A stretch of 63,971 nt of DNA, counting the filler, from Circinaria calcarea (lineage: Eukaryota), in NCBI GenBank assembly GCA_051942165.1. It is 4 parts of 4 records of this genome, joined end to end, with 100 filler letters (N's around TTAATTAATTAA, not from the genome) between each part and the next. Parts side by side here need not be neighbours in the genome. Positions count along the whole stretch, not along the records: positions 1 to 16,555 come from JAVECS010000316.1; positions 16,656 to 33,208 come from JAVECS010000317.1; 2 more parts are not named here. One strand, 5' to 3'. The notes beneath the pieces were generated by a model. That model saw only the letters and a list, made by a program, of their open reading frames with translations, had not been told where the DNA came from and made no database searches. The translations under genes and the position numbers were made by a program. Positions 10,670 through 20,723 of this stretch are shown one piece after another (the stretch's first letter is position 1; each line of letters opens with the position of its first letter).

Positions 10670-13600
10670 ATGATGAAAAGTTCTTCATCAGCATTTGAAT
10701 CTGTCGGCGGTCGTTCACTCCATGAGCTCCTTCAACAACATCTCGCAGAAAATAAAAATTACGAGGGCAGGAGTTTTATGTGTAGGGCAACAGTTGAGCA
10801 GCTGCTAACTTACGAACGAGTTTCCGGCTGGATAGACAATCATCCAATCAGTCAAGGCTCGAACATTTACAACCAAGATCTGATTACCTATATCGTCGAC
10901 AAATCTCGCATACTTTTTGCTATATTAGTAATGGCAAAACTCGAGCATCTTATATCCGCCTTTTTCTCGAAACGCCTAAGCGATGATTCACTCCCCGAGA
11001 TCGATTGCAGCTTCTTGGGCTTAAGCCACGACGAACAGCGTAGGCTTGATAAATATCGTCATCTTGTTGGTCCAGTTTTCGGGATGAACAAGCACCTATA
11101 TCTGTCCCAAGAAACTATATTGCCATTTGTGAAGAGGGGATCGATCAACAAAAATGGATCGTTCGGTCAGATATTTTATGCCGAGGTTGCAGATGGTCAT
11201 CTGAAGGGCTATAACAAGGTATAACGCCAGCTATGCATCTGAAGACATGAAAATTGCTAACGGTACGCAGAGCAGAGTCGCGGAGAAACTTATTCGTTTA
11301 GACAAGCCTGACAATGAGCAAAGCGCCCTCCGCGAAATAAACACTCTTCGACAAAGACAACATCCTAATATCGTCCCTCTGTTAGCATCATACACTTTGA
11401 AAACGGTGGAGTCAGAAGTTGCCGTGAAAACCTTGCATCTGATATTACCGCTTGCTGAAATGGATCTGGCAGACTGGATGGTCCTTCCTCAACCGCCGGA
11501 TTGGCTTCAAGAGCTGCCAAGACCGGAACGCCGGGCATGTTTATATCGCTTCATATATGCACTTGTGTCAGCCCTTTCGTTTCTTCACCGCGAGAAGGAT
11601 GGTATGGTCACAGCACACCATGACATGAAACCGGGGAATATCCTGGTATTCGAGCAAGAATTGAAGATCGCTGATTTCGGACGCTCGCACATTCGCCCTT
11701 TGGTCAAAGGTTCGGAAACTGAGGCCGCCTCGGGGTTGGGAACATATGAATATCACCCACCTGAATACTGGAAGGATAATGGATACCGTGCAGAAGAAAA
11801 GCACGGACGCGCGTTCGATGTTTGGTCTATGGGTTGCATTATCATCGAGATTGCAATTCTGACTGTCTATGGTTGGGGACCCGGGAAAGTCACCGAATTT
11901 AGAAATCAAAGGGGAGATAATTCAAAGAAAGAAAGGCCTATGCTCGCCGCTCGGCAGCTCGCCGCTCGGCACACTCCCGATTATTCTTTTCACAACAACT
12001 GGGCCGTAGTCGAAGATTGGATCGAACGTTTACAGATTGAAGATGGTAGCTCGAAATTGAAGTCGACATTGAAAGTAGCTACGCAGATGATGACTCAAAC
12101 GCCTAGCAGCCGCTTGTATGCATGGGAGGCTGAGTTGGATCTACACAATATACAACAACCTGACGACGATCGAATCACGCGGTTGGAGGAAGGAGCTCTG
12201 TGTGTTCAACCTCCACCACTGCAAAGAAAGATACTCAACGGCACGCAGACGCCTCTGCATAGGGCTGCACAGAACGGGGACACAGAAAGACTTGTCCAAC
12301 TTTTTGAAGCTAAATGGTCGCTATTTGTGCAAGATCATGAAGGTTTGACGGCGTTAGATGTGTTCAAACAGAGCCAGAAACGTTCCTTATATGATTACCT
12401 ATGCACGCGTCTGGCTCCGAAGACAATAGAGAAAACAACAAATGGAGAACAGGGCCGAAAGCTGCTTCAGGCTGCAACGAGAGGCCAGACTGACGTGGTC
12501 CTGGATCTGTTAACCCAGGGAGTGAACGCCATGTTTGTTAGCGAAGAAGGTCATTCGGCTCTGTACAAAGCAGTTTTATATGGCCAATTGAGTGTAGTTG
12601 AATGCCTCTTACGAGCTAAGGGGAAGGACCTACTGCGACTGAAAGACGTTCGGTCGGGTGACACGCCTCTGCATAAAGCTGCCTCGTTAGGCGACGCGAC
12701 TATTATCAAACAGCTATTAGCAAATTCTCCCGAAATCGAAGCCCAACAAATGGAAGGGAAGACCGCACTATTCCTTGCGGCTGAATGGGGCCGCGAGGAA
12801 GCTGTCGAAGTCCTTTTAGGTTATGGCGCGCAAGTTAACACCCAACAAAACTGGGGAGGAGGAACCCCGCTTCATGCTGCAGTGAAAGGAAACAAAATCA
12901 AAGTTCTCGAGCGGCTTCTCGGAGCTGATGACGCTGGCAAGTGTCTTGAGCATAAGAATAGGTCTGGCGACACCCCGTTATGGCTTGCGCTCTTTCACAA
13001 GCATTTTGAATGTGCCCAGATCTTGCTCAACAATGGAGCCTCATTGCATATTGCTGAAAATGACGGTAATGCCGTACTCCATGTCACCGTAACGAGAGGC
13101 TTGCATGACTTTCTAAAGGAGAATATACGCCAATTTCGCCGGGATGATATACAACGCACGATCAAACTTGGCGAAGAAGGCAGAATTGGGTTCCAAACCG
13201 TTTCTTCTCAACTTTCACATTCCACGGGTCAATTGAGCGACGAGACTAAAGCTGGCTTCCAGATGGTTTCGTCCCAGCTTGCCGGTGCTGTGTCAACGCG
13301 AGAAGCAAAGAACCTGGAGGCGCTCAACCGCTCAGACGATCTTACACAGAATGGAAACCTCAATTCTCAAAAGCTGGATGAAGTTTTCCAGCAACAGGGT
13401 AGGGTTATTCATGTGAGTGAAGTGGGTCTCCAAGCCGTCCACTCCAGCCTCATGAGGAAAGGGCACAAGGTGACTCAAGCTTTGTTGAGTCAATACGGCG
13501 CCCAATTAGACCAAATCACAAGGATCTTGGGGACGGGTGGACACAGTGTATATTCGACATCAAAACGTCTTGAAGCACCGCATCTCACTACTATGGAGAC

Positions 13601-15734
13601 CTCTATGTTCTGGAGATTTTTCTCCTACAGCTTGCCTATCGGAAATTTGAACATCGCACGTCAAAGTATACGCTCGAAGCGCTCAGCTTCACAAGATCAC
13701 ACAGAGTGGAAAATCGCGGTAAACTTTGTGCCACCGTGGTGGTTATCTAGTTTCGCGGTGCGATATGTTATGAAGCTTGATCACGATTTGATTGGTGACC
13801 AATGGCGCTGGGGCGCGAGCTTGAATCCTCTGACAATCAATCATGACCCTTTTTTTCTCAAAGCTGCTAGAGATTGTGTCGTTGAAGGTGTACAGGAATC
13901 TTTCCGGAAAGGTCTAGCCCGAAAAACAGACTACGTCTTGGATCCATGGGGTGAACCACAACCATGGCAAATAGTTAGTCTCCCTTGCAACCGTTGATAA
14001 TGACGTGCTGAGTATGTCATTCAGTCACTCGTGTGGAGACACCGTGGAGATTCCTGCTATCGGGCACTTTCGATGTTTGGGTGTATGACAAAGGAAGGAA
14101 TCCCAAATGAGTAAGTGGATTTAAAAATGCAAGATTGGTATTTCCTGATATACTCTAGGGAACACGTTTTGTTCTGGATCTCACGAGTTGTCGATGCTAC
14201 AACTTCCCATAAAACTCTCCGAGGTCAATTAAACACCTATGCAGAATATGGCGGTGATCTTTTTAAAGGAAACTGTTCTGTTATTAGATGGTTGTTCATA
14301 AATGGCCCTGGTACTACTGATTGGGTTCTGGACTTGTTATCCCATCCATTTAAGTCGTCTGAACCATTGGTGATAGATGACCTCTCACCGTTTGCAATTT
14401 GCCTTATTGGTATCTTGGCCCACGCGGATACCAAGTTTCGAAGCCTGCTAAAGGAATATCTGGCTAGCTACCGTTCGCCGCTCCTTTGTTCTTCAGCTCA
14501 CGCAACGGACCAACTGTTTAGATCTACATTCAACATAGATTCCATCTTAACCCACTTTCGCAATTTGGAACCAGACCTGAGATGTGACTTATTAGCAATA
14601 TTATGCAAAGCCGGCTCGCCTTCAATGCTGAAACCTTTTATGGACATTGGGATTGATATCAATGATGATTCCGGTAACACCAACATGCTAGCAAATGCAG
14701 CAGCGGCGGGGAATACTGAAATTGTCTCCATGCTTCTGGACGCTGGTGCGAACGGCGCTTTAGCCATCAATGGATTCCTGCATAGGAGTCAATGCCTCCC
14801 TGAGGCGCGCTTCAAAGGACTTCTCCAATTATTAGTGGAAAAAGCTAGACCTCCGGTATCCGAGCATTCGTTCAGAGACCCGTTGAACGCAATCCTCAAG
14901 TCAAGCAGAGCACTCTCGCTTTGCCCTGAGGCGCCAGAGATCCTTCTCAGCCAGGGAGCGTTCTCCCACGAACTATTATTTGGGGGAATTGCCAGCTTTA
15001 GCTCGAGTTATATGTTTCAGGCTATTACAATGAGGGATGATAACCTGATGGAGTTGCTTTTGAAGCAGGGGGCACTTTTCGGCGCACAGATTGATAATTT
15101 GTTTTGCTATGCAGATGGGTTCAGTTCATATACCTGGTTGACTTTCTCTATTCTCTGTGGCGCTGCATCTTGTGTCAGCATTCTTATTAGTCATGGAGCG
15201 GATGTTGCTGCTCCGGACGGATCTGGCAGGTCTGCAATTCAAATCGCCAAATCTAACGCGGTGGCTTCCCATCCTCGCAATTGGAAGTCCAACTGGTTAC
15301 GCCTGCCTAAAGTCACTGCTGAGAAAGATGCCAGGACTCTAGCTGTGGTGAAGCAAGCCTTCGACCTCAAGTTTCAGGGCACCGAAAACTTCGAAGACTA
15401 CATTGACTCCAGCGGTCAGATTGACTATCATCCACCCACGCGGCGAGAAAAATTCACATCCACTATTCAAAGGGCTCACGAAATGATCCTTGGGTTCATC
15501 TTCACCCGTTTCATTCCTCACGAAGTGTGGAACCTCTGGCGTTTATCATTCTTCGAAGCTTTACTGGTGAGGTCCATCTACGTCCTGTCATATTTCCTGC
15601 TCTTCGCCGTCGAAGCGGTCGCCTTTGCTACAGGCCAGAAACCCATCCCGAAACCCTCGAGGACCTTTCTTTCAGCAGTGGCGGTGCTGATGCTGGCGAT
15701 TATCTGGGGTGGCTTTTTTCACTTTGGGACATGA
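10670..15734 (+). CDS. Ser/Thr protein kinase + ankyrin repeats + linker domain + second ankyrin block + C-terminal TM, ~1637 aa; exons 10670-11218, 11271-13973, 14025-14110, 14159-15734
   Basis: Kinase motifs GSFGQIF, VAEK, HPNIVPL, HHDMKPGNIL, DFG, GTYEYHPPE and DVWSMGCI. TPLH ankyrin repeats follow. Three GT-AG introns join the ORFs in frame. Two hydrophobic C-terminal segments. Confidence 0.85.
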
Positions 15735-15802
15735 TGAGATGGGGACTGATATTCTTGAGCTATGAGGTAAATGACTATATGTTCAAGGAGGTTAGTGGAT
15801 GC

Positions 15803-15970
15803 TGTTGGAAAGTATAGGACTTACTGAGTTGTGTGTTACCTACGGGTGATACAAGGTCTGTGCTCAACAATTCCTCCACCTAAAAGCACTTTTTCGCTGT
15901 ATGCTAGCTTAGACAAAACACCACTTAGATAGCAATACATACATGTCACCATACATGCTGCTCAACAGAT
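15803..15970 (-). repeat. Dispersed ~160-bp repeat, copy 1
   Basis: Shares blocks with 30602-30756 (same orientation) and 31373-31528 (opposite orientation), e.g. AAGCACTTTTTCGCTGTATGCTAG, TTAGATAGYAATACAT and GAAAGYATASGRCTTACYGAGT. Confidence 0.8.
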
Positions 15971-16416
15971 ACCATTCGAAAGAGAAATAGGCTCGGGATG
16001 GGATATAGAATGGATTCTGGGTGGAGAAGAACAGGGTGTTTTGGCGGTATAAAGGGTATTGACTGTTGAACGGAGGCAGGTGGGCATGCAGAATGTGAAG
16101 GTTGCTTGCATTTCTATGTATATATGCCCGCTATTTATGCAATGGAAGGGCAACACGCCGCTAAGCCTAATCGGGTCTAAAGGGGACTTCCAACATTGAT
16201 GTTATTGAGTTTTCATACTATAAGCATTCTCCCATGACTGGTATAAGAATCTAAGGTACATACCATACCTAGTACATAAAATATGCACATTACAGAAATA
16301 GAAGAAACGGGCTCTCAAGCCGTAGTTAAGCAAGACCGTGTCTATTTGCGCTAAAGTACTGTTTTTACCAAAGTACATATGGTTTTCCGCAAGTGGTAAT
16401 TTATATTTACAGTGAA

Positions 16417-16517
16417 TTACTGCCATACCCCCTGAACATGCTATTCGTTACTCCCATACCCCCTTAACTTACCGCCATACCCCCCCACCCTTTCATCTTA
16501 CCGCCATACCCCCCTGT
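16417..16517. repeat. Four copies of TTACYSCCATACCCCC, possibly a transposon terminus
   Basis: Copies at 16417, 16448, 16469 and 16498. The last ends in CCCCCCTGTA, i.e. TA-CAGGGGGG on the minus strand. Confidence 0.7.
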
Positions 16518-16555
16518 AAGGGCGCTGCAATCCTTAGGCCTATTGAGGAATATGA

Positions 16556-16655
16556 NNNNNNNNNNNNNNNNNNNNNNNNNNNNNNNNNNNNNNNNNNNNT
16601 TAATTAATTAANNNNNNNNNNNNNNNNNNNNNNNNNNNNNNNNNNNNNNNNNNNN
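16556..16655. other. Artificial contig linker N44-TTAATTAATTAA-N44
   Basis: Exactly 100 nt with a six-frame-stop 12-mer in the middle; identical to the two other gaps. Confidence 0.97.
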
Positions 16656-17283
16656 TCCCGGACTACCCGTTGTCAAAGTCCTCAGTGCAACCTCGGCGGC
16701 ATCTTCTTTGGCGTTATGCACGTACTGCCCGTCATACCAGTATCGGGCGGCGACTGTGTGGGCGGTTTGTTGGTGGGCGGTGCTGGGGATGGGTATGGTA
16801 ACGGTGGAGGACCAAGCTGTACGGCCGCCTGGAAGAAGGGGGGAAGGTTAGTTTCGGAAAGATGGAAAGGCGATAAGGAAGAAGTTGGAGGAGAAGGAAT
16901 TAGGATGGAGACGGGAGGAAGGAGTATGTAAGGTTGAAGGTGGATGATAAGTGAAGAGAGCCATATGGAGGGATTGAAAGATTAGAAGATTGAAGAGTAT
17001 ATCGAGTTTTTTCGGATATTCGGCTTGGCACTTGAAGGTGGCCTGCCATGCTGCAGTGCCAAAAGTATTCTTACCACGCCGATCCGAGACGATGTTGAAA
17101 ACGGGAGGAAGAAGTTGGGCTGAGCGGCAATGTTCTAGAAAATCGACAGCGGTTAGCTTCAGGCTCTTTGGAAGTCTCTGTACGATTGAGGTTGCCAAGA
17201 GCCGTTGGTGATCCTGACTTACCATGAAGTTTTTCTTGCCACGAAGAAGAGCGAGATCGGTTGGGAGTAGTCGGATTGGACAT
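16656..17283 (-). CDS. Small double-stranded-RNA-binding-motif (DRBM) protein, 3' end truncated by the gap; exons 17283-17223, 17134-17075, 16828-16656
   Basis: Spliced product MSNPTTPNRSRSSSWQEKLHEHCRSAQLLPPVFNIVSDRRGGRTAWSSTV...AARYWYDGQYVHNAKEDAAEVALRTL matches a conserved fungal dsRBD-fold protein (helix 1 WQEKL, helix 2 AKEDAAEVAL). Confidence 0.8.
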
Positions 17284-19350
17284 TGCGAGGAAGCGGGATA
17301 AGCCGAAGGATGGGATACAGTAACGATAAGTGAACAGAACGAAAATGGATTGACCGCTGATATGTAAGGGTCGAGATAGCGTTGACAAAAGCTTGAAAAA
17401 CAAGCTCAGCGGAAGGATGCAGGCCAGTAAGGGATAGCTCTCCAGTCCATCTTATAGCTTTCCGACAGTAGAGAGCCAAGCATTCATCTCGATAGGAAAA
17501 GAGGAGAAAGTAGAAAGAAACTTGGAAGAGAGGTCGGTGGTTAGCCATTCGGCCTACTCTGAAGGGGGAAGAGACAAAGAAGCTTGAGAGCGTCTTCATG
17601 CATGATGAAGTATAAGACAGGTGATTCGAAATACCTCCTGTCCCCAGGACCAATGCGCGGTGCATCAGAGAGACTTGCGTCTGAAAGCCTTTGGGATATT
17701 GGACATCTGGTAGGTGCCGGGATCAGGTTCAGGATCAGGATGAGGACAAAGGAACGGGCCGGCGCGTGTTCTGGTGCGAGAAGGGGGAGGGTGGAATAGA
17801 GGGCCAAAAGGTCGATGGCGGTGGACCCGACTACCTTAGCTTTGGGCATGGCGCCCTCTTTTTGGTGCGCTGGTAGACGGACAAAGATCTTGGTAGGCTC
17901 GACAACGGTCGATGACGAACGGGGTGCGCATATCATGAGAACCATTGACATGTCGTCGCCAGGGATCCCTCGACGCGATGAGTCTTAGGAGCCGCCAGGA
18001 TGCCGACCGATGGGCGGTCATGGAGAGGGTGCGCCGGCTTGTGAGAGGGCGAGCCGGGTCGAGTTGGGCAGCATGTTGGGGAGCGCATTGGCATCCAGAG
18101 GAGAGAGAGAAAGAAGGAGAGGAGAGACCTTCTTCGCTTCCCGCTGATCGAGGGCAAGACTGGAGTGGGCATGTGTCTACCTTGGGGACGGACGGGCAGC
18201 AGTACCGAAAAAATGAACAAGACCATCTGCAAATACACGTGCGTTGGGACCATATGACCCCGGCAATTCAGTATTTGTCAGAGACGAGAGGGAACATCGT
18301 TGGCGGTCAACGGTCAATGGGTGAAGATTAGGGCTCGAACGTCAAGTCGGGAGGGGGATTGGGGAGGGGTAAGTGCTGGTTGGGACTGTCATTGAAGGCA
18401 GCCGCAGCCGGATTCAACCACGTCCCAAGATGAGGCTCACGGATCCGCACGGTCGGCATGTAGCCATGTGCAACGGTAGGCTGTCAACCGTCCAAGTCGG
18501 CTGGATGGCCTGCAATCGGGCTCGACAACGATTCGACGCGGATATATTTCCAGTGCGAGAGTTGGCGGGCGCATCGTGCCAGCTGCAGTGAGAGGTGTCC
18601 TCGGTAGTAGGAGCCCGATAAGCCTCAAGCCACAGAGGATGCTGGACTGGAGCAGACGCAGTTGGAGCAGAGGAGATGGAGAGAAGCACGGCAGAGTTTG
18701 GATCGGATGGTGGCATGGTATGAAACACGACTGACTCGGGCGGGGATCGTCTGCACGTCGGCCTTGTGAGCAGGAGGCAGGACTTCCTCTCTACTTTGTT
18801 TGGGCGGTGCACCGTCAACCTGACCTTACCAAAATCAGGCTTCGTTGGGCTGCAAACACCTGGCCTGCAGGTCGCCATCTCACCCTCAACCGCCAATCAT
18901 CGGTTCCTCTACGACTGTGGAGTGACACTTGTTTCGAGTGGCAAAGAGCGTGTACCACGCTGCTGTATGGAGGTCATAGCCGAGCACCCCGATCAAGGTC
19001 CAAATATACGAGAATTCATACTACATCGGTGCTATGTACATGTAGACCATGTCGTTTGCTAATGCAGGCTCCTTCCCCCGGTCTGCCGGCTCCGAGACCA
19101 CCAATGCCAATGTCGTCTCTTCGTTATCCGTTGGTGTATCCAAATGTGGGAGCCGCTGCAAGGCCGAGATGTCGTTGATAATAAGGTACCTTCACGATGC
19201 CGCTGAATATCGCTCGAATAAATCTGGAGCGAACATGACTGAGCCGAAAGTGTGCTGAACGAGGGTATAAACCCCGTAGTATAATTTACATGGTAGCTAT
19301 CCTTGTGTCCGAATGGAATGTCCGAGTGTGAAGAAGTCAACTGTTCGAGA

Positions 19351-20723
19351 CTAAGCTTTTGCAGTGTTCTGTCGTAATGGAGTTAGGGGTCGGGTAGCTG
19401 TATTTCCCCGGCGGTTGAATACTTCATTGATTAGTCGCTTAGGCCCCACATACTCCATGTTGATCTTGCGAGTAGACAACACGGGCATGGGTATGGGTAT
19501 GTGAAAGCGATCCTTCCGGTGCCAACGACTCTTGATGCAATCGTCCACCAAAGCTAATAAACCTGTTGCCACGATGACACTAGACCGATCAGAAAATGAC
19601 GAGTGAGATTTATGACTGGGTCAAATACTCACTCAGCAACGTCAGTGCATCCGCTTATGGTTTTCTGATCGCTTATCCACATCGAGCAAGGTGGCACCCA
19701 TCCGCCTTTTTGATTCTCCTCTTCAGTTTCTTGAGGAGTCATTGGCGTAGGGACGATATGAGCCACCGAAGCGGATGTCTCTGTATTGATCAGATGATAG
19801 GAAACCTCTTTTCTGTTACCGTTTTTCTTGGCAAGCCTCTTCCAAGCGTAGGCAATACCCCAATATTCGAACTCGTAGCGCTTGGACGTTGTAGCTCCAC
19901 GCCGTTTGATGTCAATGTGTGCATAATTCGAAAATTCGAGCTTCGTAGTGTTTGTCGGCAGAGGGATCGTATTACTGGCTTCTTTAGGAGAAGGACGCTT
20001 CATCTCGACCTCTGCAACATCGTCATCCGACATGGAGTCGTAACCAGAGTCATGCCTCTTTAAACCTTGGAATGTATCTGCCTTCGATTCAGATCTCGAT
20101 CGAAGACTTGCTAAGGCGTTACTCATCGACCTTTGTAGGCCGGGCCTTCGGTCAATAGCTGGCTTGGTATACTTTCGACTTGAATGACATACTTCTCGCC
20201 CAGACTCGCGGCAATACCGACGTAAGGAAAAGTCTCGATTCTTCAAATCGTGCATCCGTAAATGAAATAGAGTCAACTCGACCCTACGTCCTGCTTCTTG
20301 AATTTCCGTATCGATGCGAAGGTTCATGTTCCCATCGACTGTATCGTCATGTCTGATGCATAACCTTCTGGTGGATGGGAAGTATTCGGCAAACTCGGTT
20401 GGAGTAGATGGAACAGCACTAGGTGTGAATGCTTCGTACCCATACTCCGGTTCGTCGTACGGTGTGAAGTCTTCGACGGGGTCCTCGTCTGAAGGAACTG
20501 TAGATGCATAGGTCAGGGCAGATGACCGAGCGTCCCAGTTACTATCGTAAGATTCATCCCAGCTGTTGTCCGCCTCGTACTTGGCTAAGGCAGTCTGATG
20601 AAATTTGGACGAAAGGGGTTCGCTATAGACGGTAGGTGCGGTACTTTGCGAGCGGTCCGAGTATTGACTGAACTCGGAAGTGGTACTGCTATCCCTTCGT
20701 GCGATCTGAGATCTCGACGGCAT
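19351..20723 (-). CDS. Conserved fungal protein of unknown function; exons 20723-19633, 19579-19351
   Basis: Long ORF with conserved-looking blocks PSTRRLCIRHDDT.DGNMNLRIDT, LFHLRMHDL..R.FSLRRYCR.SGREVC and GGWVPPCSMWI. The intron GTGAGT...CTAG joins to DVIVATGLLALVDDCI. Confidence 0.75.

Noticed and set aside
2291..15734. Possible Starship-type giant element carrying F-box/ankyrin/kinase cargo
   Set aside because: No tyrosine-recombinase captain gene or element boundaries are visible, and a conserved ZNF511-like gene lies within the interval.
16600..16611. TTAATTAATTAA palindrome recurring every ~16.65 kb
   Set aside because: Artificial six-frame-stop linker, not a biological periodic element.
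17400..19340. Many overlapping 60-160 aa ORFs on both strands
   Set aside because: No domain motifs or consistent splice structure; more likely the long upstream region of the DRBM gene.
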